Source: Phyllosticta citribraziliensis
Taxonomy: Eukaryota
Direction: 5' to 3'
Length of the DNA: 64,000 bases
NCBI RefSeq assembly: GCF_038025025.1
Contig: NW_027117348.1
Location: forward strand, 1,364,001-1,428,000
The translations under genes were made by a program, and so were the position numbers. Positions 45,481 through 57,589 of this stretch are shown here, one piece after another. Each line of letters starts with the position of its first letter. Positions within the stretch are counted from its first letter, which is position 1. The notes under the pieces were generated by a model that was not told the DNA's origin, searched no databases, and was given only the letters and a program-made list of their open reading frames with translations.

Positions 45481-47554
45481 CCTATATCAACCTGCCTCCC
45501 TCCCCAGCTCTTCTTCTTTTCTCTACACAGCAGTTGCTGAGGTTGCAGCGGCAGCTTCTTCGGTTCCAGTGCCGAACTGTGTTTGCCGGCTCGGCAACTT
45601 CCCTCTCACTCTGCTTCTTGTGCTGTGGGCGTGGAGCGGCGGTGTCGGCGGTGTTGGGGGCGGAATCTGTGGCGTGCTGCGTCGCGGGAGCATCCATCCG
45701 TCGTTTTTACATGATGGTGGTGTACTGCGGCGCGGGGAGCGTTCATACGTTGCTGTTACGTGATGATGGTATGCGGGGATGCTTCATGTCGTTGACTTGG
45801 GGATTTCGGTTCGTTCTCCCGTTGACTTAGCTACTATTCTTCCGTGCTTGTGGGGTCTGTGTGGCCATGGCTGCTCAGTGATGCGGCAAGGCATCTAGCT
45901 TCCTTGGTGTGGCTCTTCAGTGTCTTGAAATGCTGCGTGGATTCCGCGTACTCGCACAGCCTCTGAGTCAGATGTTTCTTGAGAGATTTCGCATCAACCG
46001 AGAATCAGCAGAAGTAGTTTCCTTGTCTCCTTCTCATTCTTCCTTTTCAAATGGGCCGTGAACTGATGTCGAGGGAGAGGGGTTAACAAACTTCTTTTAT
46101 CCCTGGAAAAGGAAAAGTTCTGTCTTTCGCATGCCCCCCTTTCCCACGATAAGCTCTGCAAGGCTACTGTCATGTGCATAGACTTTCCGCCGTGGAGCAG
46201 ATATAAAACTCGCGTCTCTGTCCACGGCTGAGTCTTCTTGACAAACTCAATCGATTCAATCGCCTGGAAAGCATTCTGAACTCGTAGCCGACTGTTTGTG
46301 GTCTTCTGTCCTTGAACATGATCTTTCGAGTCCTTGGCCGGCCCGCGAGAAGTCTGTCTCCCAAAGGATTGACACTTCAAGACAATGCCATGGGCGACAG
46401 CCGCCAGCAATGCTGCCAATGCTCTTCATCATCACATCATGACGAAGTCCAACATTCTGAACCTCAGAACTCCAGCAACCGGTGCAGTCTCCCCACCACC
46501 CAGCTGCATTCCTGCTGCAACCTCCACACGCGCGCAGCACAACCCAACGTACGGCGTAGTCTTTGAAGACTGCCAGTTCATATTCTCCCACTTGTTCTCT
46601 CACGACAGCCATTTGCCCAAGACTTGGGAAGAGAAGTGAAAGCGGCGGCAACACGCCGCCTTAAGTACTCAAGCGATGGGGCCGTGCCACTGCCACGAGC
46701 AATTGAGGATATGTGTTTGCCTGGCGCGTGAAAGCTCCTGATACGCACGCGCTGCACCACATGACTGCTCCCCATGCGCACGCGGAAGACCACATGCCAG
46801 CCCTCGAAGGCACCATGTGGCAGTCGCGCCACTATAAAACCCACGCCGTCTGCCGCGCCGAACAGCCTTCACTTCACGTCGACAATCCCAGTCGACAGGG
46901 GGAAGAAGGTGCCTTCAACCAAACTGTGTGGCTCCAGCCGGTGCCCGGCAAGGACTTGTGTTTGTGGTGTCTGTGTGGTGGGCTGGAGGGACTCGCTGGC
47001 GCTCAGTGGTTTTCGTTGGGCGTGGATGCTGAAGAGTTGGGCGTGGCGATGATGGTGTTTGGAATGGGCATTGGCGAGTGATGGTGATGGACGTTTTTCA
47101 TGATGGTGTAGATTCCAACAGACGGAGGTTGACTTATAAGCGTGGCGTAATTGACGGGAAAAGGGTGAGGGTTCTAGTTCTAATAAGGACATATTCCTCA
47201 CAGCCCTCTTACCGCAACCTGGTCTGAAGGCGGAGCATTGAATCTCCTTCAAAGTGCAGTCTTATCAAGTGTCCAGGCCTCTGAGAGGGGGTCTTGACAT
47301 AATGTTGAACTGCCTTTCCTGGAACAAAGCTGTCTTGAGGTGTTTTGACGACCAGTCACGAATGGCCTCTGGAAAGCCCAGTGTGTGCATGAACGAAAGC
47401 AGACTTGCTATTTGAGTTCAGTAAGAAGCAACTGCATCAACTTCAGCGCATTCCCTGAGCGCCTTGGACTATCCTATGCAAACACCGGGTATAACAAAAA
47501 AGCAAAAGCCAATAACAACAAACCTCCTGGGCTATGCGAAGCTTTTGGAAACGC

Positions 47555-48483
47555 TCAGCCGAGAACGACGGCCAAAATGACAATCGTCAAGACCACTGCC
47601 AGAATTACCAACAGGCAGCAGGCCTTGTTCCTGGCCGCCTTTTGATGCCTCGATGCCGTCCTCAGCTCCGTATTTGCGCCTCGGGTGTCGTCTCTCACGC
47701 CCTCGACGTTTTCGCTGATTATGTCCAACTGCTCGCCCTGCTCGTGCACCATGTGTGCCACGTCCCTAAAGAGCTCGTTCAACTCGCCAACACTCTGTTC
47801 GATATTCCGAATCTCGCTCTCGCGCTCGATGATCAAGCTCTCCTGGAAGTCGACCTCATCTTGTGGAGCGAGGCGCAGTTGTTCTTGTTCTTGAAGCATT
47901 TGCTGAGAGCCATGACCTTGGCCAGAGGGCGACGTAGCGCTGCCGCCGGCATCTTCGAGAGCGGCGCGCGCAGCCGCTGCAGAACTTCGCTCCTTCTCAA
48001 TAGCGCTGCGCTGGAGCACTTGGAATTCGGTGAGAGTCGCTTTGAATTCGCGATTCAGCTTGCCCTGGGTGAACTTTTGAGATGCCTAGACGGTGAATTT
48101 GCGTCAGCATTGTTTCAGGCAGCACGCCGTGGTTCGGGCGATTCAAGGGACGCAGTTTGACGGAGATGTCGACCGTGGTAACCTACATTCAAGTCTGGCC
48201 ACTGCTGGACTTTCTTGAGCCCCTCGCCAACTTCCTTGAAGCCATTGCTCGTCTCTTCAATCAGGTCACGGACCCGCTCGCGCACGCGCTCCGTCTCCCG
48301 CTTTGTACCGAGCAGGGCGATCTGATTTGAAAGGCGGGTGACGTTGGAGGTCAGGGAAAAGAGCTGGTCGGAGAGCTGGCTCGTGAACCGCCTGAACTCC
48401 GGATCGTCAGAGTACTCTGGGTCGTCCTGCCGACGCCAGGTAGTAGGCTGCGACTCGAGGCGGGAGGAGTCGTCAAAAGACAT
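47555..48483 (-). CDS. PEP12: Endosomal/vacuolar Qa-SNARE syntaxin (Pep12/Vam3-like), 2 exons
   Basis: Habc domain, SNARE motif IIERESEIRNIEQSVGELNELFRDVAHMVHEQGEQLDIISENVE, and a C-terminal TM helix. Intron 48086-48186. Confidence 0.93.
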
Positions 48484-48898
48484 GGTGGGCGGTTCCCTGT
48501 AGCGACACGATATTTACAAGAGAGAAACCTCAGGTCGAGCGGAAATGGTGGTGCCTGATAAGAGGCGTCAAAAGTGTTGTGAAAGCGATTCTGGGCGTTG
48601 ATAGGTGGGCGGTGGTTGTTGCGTCGTTGCGTCGTCGGTCGCTCCAGATGACATAATGCGTCGTGGGCTCGTGCGCCGGCGGAAGCTTTGGCCAAAAATA
48701 GTTGCCGCTCACGTCGTCTTGGCATCTGTTTTGATTCCGCGAAAGCTCCAACAACTGCGTGATCAACATCTTTCACCGCGCCCTGGAAGAGCAATCTGCT
48801 GGACCTCCGCCTCTCCACCCTTCTCCGCGTGCCATGGACTGATTTGGACTCCTTACAACATCGGCCTCGACGACGTGACGGATCAACAACGCGGCGCA

Positions 48899-50931
48899 AT
48901 GGCGACACCCAAACCGGCGCGTCCGTACAAGGACTTTTTGTCCCCGTTCCTGCATCGCCAGTTTGGCAGGGTGATGCTGATTACACTGGTTCTCTGCTAC
49001 ATTGAATCCATGTGTATAGGAGAATGGGGAGGCTGTGAGTATTGACAACGTCCATGATTAACGCCAACTGACAATGGACAGTCCTCTTTGGATTCTGGTT
49101 CGTCTCCGCAATACGCGCCCTCCTACTCTTCATATCCTACCTATTCATTCTCTGTCTGGCCATGTCACACGCACACAGTAAGCATTGGAAACGTATCGCA
49201 TTGGTACAAGAGGAGCTGACCGTTGGACAGCCGGCCGTCGCATGACCACCTGCAGCGCCCAAACAGTCTGGCAGTACTTGCCTCGCCTTACCACCGTCTA
49301 CACAATCATCTGCTACGGCGCCTCGGCTTTCTTCTATTCGGCGGTCTACATTTGGTCGCGCTCCGCCAAGGACAACTTTGGCATTGTGGATGAGGGCAAA
49401 GCATGGGATCGGTCAAAGCTCAACGAGCGGCCGCTCTACTTTTACAGCATGCTTCTCGAGCTTGCCGTGGTGCAGTCTTTTGTCCACATTTACAGGGACT
49501 ATGGTAGAGTCAAGCTGCCCGCCAACGCCACAGGACAGGAAAAGTCGAAGCGGACTGTGCTCAAGAGACGCTTGCTGCCAATCTTGAACGATGTCCTGAC
49601 GAGAATGATTTTGTTCACCGTGGTCGGCAATGCAATTTACTTTCTCTTCATCCGCATGAGGGCATGGAGGTTGGCGTATCCATTCGCCAAATTCCAGGAT
49701 CCTTCTGTCAAGGATATGAAGCCCCGAGTGGCCAACTTTATTGGACTTTCAATGCGCGTCTTTGTCCAGGGCTTCCTCTTGACTCTGTTGTGGGAGTTTG
49801 CCAACGTCGCGCTTGCCATATATCTGGCCAAACAGCCTTTGAAGAGGCAAAAGGACCAAACCATGAAGCCCATCACGAACGATTCCAAGGATCCAAACGG
49901 CAGCCTGTTGAACGGACTGACCCTTAAGAAGGATCTTCTCCGCGTGAGTCTCCAGGATGTTCATAATTTACATTTGCTGATAAGATTAGAACATGGCTTT
50001 CTGGGAACTTGCAATAATTGCCAACCGCTTCCCAGAGCGCCGCCAGACCATTTACACCGAGCTCGAGTCGCACCGTCCAGGCGGAGCCACCGTCAAACAA
50101 GTCATCGCGGCTTGCCTAGCAGAAATCACCGATATCAAGACCCGAATCGCTTCAACCGCAACACCAACACCGCCACCAGCCGCTGAAAACAAGGCTTTGG
50201 TTCCCGTCGAAAAGCAACCCACCGCCATCGCTCCCTCCCCACTCAACGACGACGACATCTTTGCACCCTCTCCGCCGCCAAAAACGCGCCAGGAGCGCAA
50301 CCTTCAGCGCATCAACGACTTTGCACGGCGCCGCGGGACCGGCGGCATCAACGAAGAGCACCCCTTCAAATCGACCGTCGGCCACGGGCAGCAGCTCCTG
50401 GCCCAACACGTGCAGCCCGCCACGCTGCTTTCACAGGCGCAAGCCAAGTTCGTCAGCGTGCTCAGCAGCCCACTGGGCATGCCGTTCCGCCAGACGTTCA
50501 ACCGGCGCGTCGCGGCCGTCCTCCTGGGCGCCCCATACAGCCATACCACCACCATCGGCAACGCCGTTAACGCCGTCACGCAGATTGCGCTGCGCAGCAT
50601 CCAGGAAGACACGTACGCCATGGTCAACCGCGACGTCGCCACCATCATCCGCACCTTCGCTGACGTCATCCGCGCCATTGAGGACTTTGTTCGCACGTTC
50701 CCCCCGCATTGGACTGACGTGGCGTTTGACGAGGCACGAGACCGCGACGTCAGAACCGTTGACGGCGTGAGGGAGGTGCTCGTCGCGTTGAAGGGCGGCC
50801 TCGAGGCTATCTTGACTGAGTTCGGCGTCTATCTGAGTGGGTTGGATATGAGCGAGAAGGAGACGCGCGAGGCAAGGGAGTTGGTGCATGGTTGGAGGGA
50901 GAAGCTTCTATGGGAGAATGAGAGGAGCTGA
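48899..50931 (+). CDS. NDC1: Nuclear pore/spindle pole body membrane protein Ndc1, 4 exons
   Basis: RPYKDFLSPFLHRQF, multiple TM helices, LNERPLY, PITNDSKDPNGSLLNGL, AFWELAIIANRFPERRQTIY and SIQEDTYAMVNRDVATII. Introns 49035-49081, 49178-49230 and 49944-49989. Confidence 0.88.
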
Positions 50932-51267
50932 GGGGGGACAACTGGCGTGGGTCGAGAAAAGTAGTTGAGCGTGTGGAAAAGTTATCTTGTCAACTGCCTG
51001 TCCGGATTTTATTGCCGTGTCTATGTGCTACTGAATGCGTCTGGACGTTCTAAACCTAATGCCCTGTGGTTATCCGTTGCGAATTGCTACCACGACGACC
51101 CTGACGCTGGTCGTCGACGCCGATCGTCAGCCAGACTATCAGGAGTGGATAGAGAAGAGAAAGTCAGTCAACACCGGACCCCCAGCATTCGCAAAGTCGA
51201 TCCAGCATTTTCATTTCGCTACAGAGCATTCAATTCGTCCTCAATCACACCTCCCACACCTCCCACA

Positions 51268-54200
51268 CTATATATCAACCGTCTCATTAAAGCGCAGCAC
51301 GCCATTACCCTTAAAGAACCCATCAATGCGCTCGGGCAGCGTGCCCGCCGTGCCCGCGTGCTGTGCACTCCACACGCCACCGCTGCCAGCCGCGCCGGGG
51401 TCGTCGTGGTTCAGCTGGGCGCGCGGCACCTGCGTCGACAGGTCGGCGATGAGGACGAGGCCGGCGGATTTGATCGACTCGATGAGAGCGGGGGCGAGGT
51501 CCTGGAGAGAAGGAAGGGGTGGTGTTAGTGGGTTGTATGGGGAAGTAGGGGTAGGGGGGTAGGGGGGAGGGCAGCGCACCAATAACCGCGAGCTGCAAAT
51601 CAGACCCATCAGGTTGTTGCCCTGCGCCGTCTGCACCGCGTCCTTGACCGATATGGCCGTGCGCCCGCTGCTCTGCACCTTGTGCGGGTCGCTCTCCGCT
51701 ATCGACGGGTCGGCGCCGAGTTCGTTGTCCAGGAGGACGGGATCTGTACAGGGTGGCCAGTCAGCAAAAAGTCTACTACTACCAGGCTACATGGCTAGGG
51801 ACGGGGCGACGCACAGTTCGGCTGCTTCCAGTTCAGCGCCGTGCAAATGTCCTTGTTGAAGCTGCTAAACACAATCGAGCGCACGGCCGTCTCGTCGGCG
51901 GCGCGCAGGCGGCGCGCGTGGGCAAACACGACGGCGAGCAGGTTGTCGGCAAAGGTGTTGAGGTTGGGCGTGGGCCCGAGGCGCAGGCTGGCTTCTTCGT
52001 CGCGGTTCGGATACAGGACGTGCAGTTCGACGCGCACGTCAACGGGCAGTGCCGCCAGCGCGTCGGCCAGGGGCACGTACGCCGTCGCGAGGATCTTGTG
52101 GATGGCCGTCATGTCGCCAGACGGCGTGTTTGCCAGTGCCGCGAGCGGGTTGTCGCTGCAGTTACCGGCGCCAATGTGCATGAATTCTTCGAATGTGAGA
52201 CGGGGGACGGCCAGGTCGAGTTGCCCGTAGCGCACTTTCCACTGCGGACACAGGACTGGCACGCCGTCGCACGTCATCTGGACAAAGAGACGGACATAGT
52301 CGCCCGAGAGGCTGGATCCGGTGATGAAGGCGCTGGGAGACTCGTCGAATTGGCTCGTCGCTTTCCAGTAGGTTGCAAAGTGTGTGATTTCGAGCGGAGG
52401 GCCAGGGAAAGGCTTGATGATTTGGAAGCTGAACTTGATGCGGCCAATGGTCCGCAGGCGTGGGTCAAACAGCCCAAGGTTGCAGAATCCGGAGCTGCTC
52501 TCACGATTCCTGAAGACGGTTGAAGAAGCTTCTGTGCGCGCAATCACCTTGGCGCCAAAGGTCGGAAAGACGTCGAAATCGATGCTAAACGTGTCGAGAT
52601 TGTCAACTTGGAAGGAAATGACTTTATTTTCCTCGGAGATAGGGAGCAGAATGTTGCGAGGGATCAGATCTGATGATTTGGAGGCAATGGTCAGGCGTGC
52701 GGCGGGATATTTGCTGTCCTCGTAGAAGCGAACAGGCTCAGAGTCTAGTGCGCCAAAGTTGAGAACGACAAAGGTCTTATTTTCCAGAAAGTTGTGGCCA
52801 TATCTTCGGATGGGGATGATGGGAGGAGGCAGAGAAAGGTCAGGAATGCCATCCACTTCCATTGCCATTGGCTGGGGAGTGGAGGATGGAGGTGGGACAG
52901 AAGCACCCAGCATGGGCGGCGTGGGCCTTGGCGGCGGTGCCATTGACGACTTTTTGACGACAGAAGCCAACAGCTTCATGCACTCCAAGTGGCCTTCCCA
53001 TGTTGCGTAGTAAATGGCCGGCAAGTCCTTCTCGTCCTTGACGTCGACCGTGACTCCACAATCGAGCAGCGTCTTGAGACACTCGACGTGCCCTTCACTG
53101 GCAGCGTGGAACAATGGCGTCCACTGATACAGCTTGTCAGGCTGGTCAAGGTCTGCTCCGTAATCCCGAAGCATGAGACAAATATGCGGATTCCTGCCAG
53201 ACCTTGCAACCAGGTGCTGGGGATACAGTCCCTCGGCGTCGGGCAGGATCTGCGGTCGGGCCTGGAGGAGCAGCTCGACAACTTGCTCAAAGCCATGCTG
53301 ACAGGACAAGTTCAGAGGAATGTGGTCCGACTCGCCCGCTGGATCAATCCGGGCATTGTGCTCCAAAAGGCTCCTCACGCAGGCGAGGTTGTTATGGACG
53401 ATGCTGTGGATCAGGGGAGTAAAACCGTCGTGGTCTTTACAGTCGACCGTATCTGGCGCGGCAGACACCAGATCCCGAATCATTCCCACGTGGCCGTGCA
53501 TGCAGGCATAATGCAGAGGAATCCTGCCGTAGACATCTGGCGTCCGCACATTGGCGTTGCCTTCGAGACCAATGGCAAGGACCTGGGCACGGCCGGAGAT
53601 GGCAGCCTTGTGCAGGCAGTTTCGTTCATTCACGTCGTCTCCCTGGTTGAGATCAACGAGGTTGGTGTCGAGCATGGCCTTGAGAGCCGCCTCGGGAGCT
53701 TCGTAGGCCGTTGCGAGGAATGCCCGCGTAAGACGATTCCGAGCATCGGGCAGGGGCGCAACGCGGCTGATCCATTCCTGGACGCCGGCAACGTTGCCAG
53801 AGCTAATTGTCTGTATGATTTGCGGGTCCGCATCGGTATCTGCGTCGAGGGCTCGCCAAGCGTCGGGCGGCACGGTGGTGCTGTATTGCATTTGCTCTCC
53901 CTCTGCCCATGCCGCAAAGTCGAGCAGGTTTGTCGTTGCCTGATCCGACAAGTCGCTAATGACGTCTCGGTTGAAGCATGGCTGCACCTCAATGGCACGG
54001 GAAATGTACAATTCTTTTGTTCGGGACTGCAAGTCATCAGAAAGGCTAAACAGGGGTGTCGGCGAACAGGGCGAACCTTGGATGTCTTGTCCCACTACCA
54101 CACAGTCAGCCTCAACACGAGTCGAATGGCGTGCAGCCGGCGCACCTTTTTGAGGATCTTTGAGAATGCAGTGGCATTGATCTCGACAAACTGTTGCAGC

Positions 54201-54715
54201 TTGTTGAGGTCGTTGCTGAAGAGTCTAAAGGCCTCCTCGAGAATGACATAATTCGACGACAGCCGCGACACGGGCATGGACTGCGACTGCAGCGACCTCT
54301 TCTTCTCCAGCAGTGTCGACAGGCGCAGCTTCAGCTCGGCCTCCTTTTGCAGGTAGAGCTTGTTGACCTTTTCCAGCTCGCGCTCCAGGCGGAAGAAGAA
54401 GGTGGCCTTGTTTGCCTGAAGCGATATCTGGGGATCCAGCTGGCCCGGATCATTCTGGGCGTGGATGACGGGGGTAGCGCTTAGCTTTTTGATGAGCTGG
54501 AGCGGGTGTTAGCGAGAGGGGGGCCAGGGGGCGCGGTGATGCAACCTTTTTCAGGGCTTTGTAGTCGACGAAGCTTGCAGCATACTCGGGAAAGTCGAGC
54601 TGGCGCTTCTGGATGTGCTTGCCGAATTTCCTGTGCAATGGTCGTCAGATACGACCATGCCGTTTTGGGCGGCAGGACAGGCATGGCATAGGGGCACCCT
54701 GGAGGATACTCACAT
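51268..54715 (-). CDS. PHO81: SPX-ankyrin-GDPD-like CDK inhibitor of the PHO pathway (Pho81/NUC-2), 7 exons
   Basis: SPX MKFGKHIQ...VDYKALKKLIK...EINATAFSKILKKWDK, six ankyrin repeats, LSLPPPIIPIRRYGHNFL and a GDPD-like C-terminus (LNWKQPNYPV). Introns 54631-54713, 54497-54545, 54095-54145, 54027-54076, 51744-51814 and 51502-51579. Confidence 0.93.
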
Positions 54716-56055
54716 GGTGGCAGAGTGATATCAGACTCGGAGAGGCGCGCTCGGCAAGGAACGACGCGCAGAGATGGCGCCGGAGTCAGAGGGCGGAGGG
54801 AGCCAAGAAAGGCGAGGACGGCAGAGGTCCCGTCGGCGACGCGGTTTGATGGGGGGTGAGGTGGTGAAGAGATGGGGAGGCGGTGCGGTGGACTGGTTTG
54901 GTGGATCAAGACAAGATGTTGCTGGGGTTCGTCATGGCGATTCACGAGACGGGAGGAGCATGTGAGAGGGCCGGGACAAAAAAATCGAGGAGCTCGCAGG
55001 ACCGGCTTGTCAGGGTTTCGTAGCGTGTTGCAACAGGAGGGCGCTCGAGGCTGTGCCGCCGTCGTCTGCTCGACTTGTGCAGAAGTGAAGCTCGACCAAT
55101 GGTCGCCCAACGTGCGGCCACGAGGTCGGCGGCCCGTGCCCCGCGTCGGTCCTGCGACCACGACTCGACGACGACGACAACATCACCACCACCACCAGGC
55201 GTCTTCGCGGCGAGCTGTCCGATGGCTTGACAATGTTGCTGGTAGTTGGTCATTCTCACATTCCCCTCTTCTGGACACTCTCTCCTCAGTCTTTTCCCCT
55301 TTTTCGCACGCCAAACGACCCACTACCTCCTTCTCCTACTCCATCGCCATCTTCATCCACAACGAGTCAATCACCATGCTCCCGGAAAATCCTGCCAATC
55401 TCGTCCCTGCGTCGTCTTCAGCTAGCTGCCCCGCAGAGGTCCCTGGTTTAACATCCTTGCAATCGATCTTCCAGAGCTTTATCAGCGGCCATCTGCTCCT
55501 TCGTCCCTTGATCCACAGTCGACATCTTGAGATTGAGAGACCTGACGTGAGAACGACCATTCAATAGTATCTTGGTCAATTGTGATGGAAAACATCAGAG
55601 ACCAAAGCCCGCCAGCCTTCTCAGAGGGTAGTGTAGACACTCCAGGCTTCTGGAATGACTGGGAGCATCCAAGTCCATGATGTAGAACCATTTGCCATCT
55701 TTCACACCAAATTCGGTCAAGAGAGGTCCTAATGCGGCAACGCTGTAATCTTCTCTTTTCATTCTAGTCCTTCAGTCATGTTTCCATTCAGGAGCATTCA
55801 AGAATCGACAAGAAAAGACAACTGGTAGCAGCCTACATGAAAATGCAGGCCTATGCGCTGCGGGCTCAGGAAAAAGGCTTGGTCGTAGTGCTCACTTAAT
55901 CACTTTCATTCATATTGTTGCATTCCTGCCTATTTACCAAGGCATCGACAGGGTCGTAGCACACGATGCTTCTCCACGACACCGCCGTGTTCTGTTCATT
56001 TCCTCTCGGCGGCGCAGCGTAACAAACAAAGCAACAAACCGCAAACTCTCGCACC

Positions 56056-57589
56056 ATGCCCACACACGAAGCGCAACCCGAGCCTGACCATTCCGACCCG
56101 TCCGACCAGTCTGACCATTCCGGCCAGTCTGATCAGTCTGACGACAACACCATGAAAGACTCGACCCGCTCCAGACCCCTTCGCAAAAGCAGGCCTCCTC
56201 CCAAAAAGAAGACGCGCGACGAACCATCGGAGGCCAAACCGCTCAACCAAAACGACCTCGTCAAATGGATCGTCATCAGCGACGCGCCCGACCATGCATC
56301 CGTCCACGCCAAGTTCTGCAACGCCAAAAGCTACCCCGTCCTGCCGCGCAGCATCAAATATCTGGAGCGCTTCGGCGCTCGCAACTTGCGCACCGGCCTC
56401 AAGTGCTTGCGGGCCATGACCGACGCCGCCCGCCAGGAGAATGAGAGGCTAGAGCAAGAGGCTCAGGCCTTGGGCTGCGTGGATGACAAGATAAATGTGG
56501 AGCAGCAGCTGGGAGGAGGTGAAGAGCAGCATCGCAACACCACCGAAGCCGTCGTTGATGACCCAGATTCGTCGATGCAAGAAGACGCGTCCAAGGAGAG
56601 CCGCATTGCAACTCTGCGTTTTGACATCTCCTTCTACCGCAGCAAGGTCCTGCCTTTCATCCAAGCGTGCCTCATTGCCGAAGGCCAGCGTAAGTTTCTT
56701 CCATGAGTTCTCCCATCAAACAATAAGCAAACAAACAAACTCACAATTCCCTCTAGACATTTCACTGCCTCCACGCACGCCAGTAGCCTTGCCCTTCCCC
56801 GGCGGCATCTACCAAGCCTTCGAATCAACAACCCAGCGCAGCGCAGCCAAAGCCGCCTACGACATCGCGCGCGCCGGCGGCCTGCCCCAAGAGTCCTGCG
56901 ACACGGCCGCGCGCAGGAGGGTCGGTCTGCTCAGCCAGACGGCTCCCGCGTCACTCGAGGCAGACGACGAATGCCCCCCGACGCCCGGCGGCTACCAGGA
57001 GCACGACGATAGCACCGAATTGCAGACGCAGACGCCAGCACACGGCGTCGTTCCCAAGTCCTCGCCGACACACTCCTCGTTCCCGCCGACGCCGCGCGCG
57101 CCTGATTTCAGCTCCAGCCCTGCCGTCGCCGTCGCTACGCCGCGCAATGATGCCGTGACGGATGCGATGGATGTGGATACCGACGCAGCCGGCGCTGCTC
57201 GTGGCGGCTCCGGCAGCACGCCTACTACTGCTACCAAGCTCAACACGCGTGCCGACACGCCCACGCCCACGTCCCCAGTCGTCACCACCACCACCGCAAC
57301 ATCCACGCCAAACACCCTCGCCCTGGCTACCGCTCTCCCCTTCTCCCGCACACCATTAGCAGCACTCGGCACACCCATGAACCAGCAACTGCGCCGCAGC
57401 GCGCGGTCGACGACTCTGCGGTCGAGCGGCGTCGGGGCCGACGCGACGCAGGCGGACGCGGCGCCGCTGAAAGACATGAGCGTGTGGGAGCTGCAGCGCG
57501 AGATACTGCGGTTGTGTGCGCTGCGGGAGCGGTGTGTGGCGAGGAATGAGGTGTTGAGGGATTGGGTGAGGGGTGTGAGGGGAGAGTAG
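56056..57589 (+). CDS. Hypothetical (orphan-like) protein, 2 exons
   Basis: Intron 56690-56756 (GTAAGT...CTCAC...TAG) joins ORF 56056..56706 to the frame of ORF 56495..57589. It has N-terminal SDQ/SDH repeats, a basic NLS-like patch, a T/P-rich region and a C-terminal helix LKDMSVWELQREILRL. Confidence 0.6.

Noticed and set aside
52989..54251. 420-aa plus-strand ORF
   Set aside because: It is the antisense shadow of the PHO81 ankyrin region.
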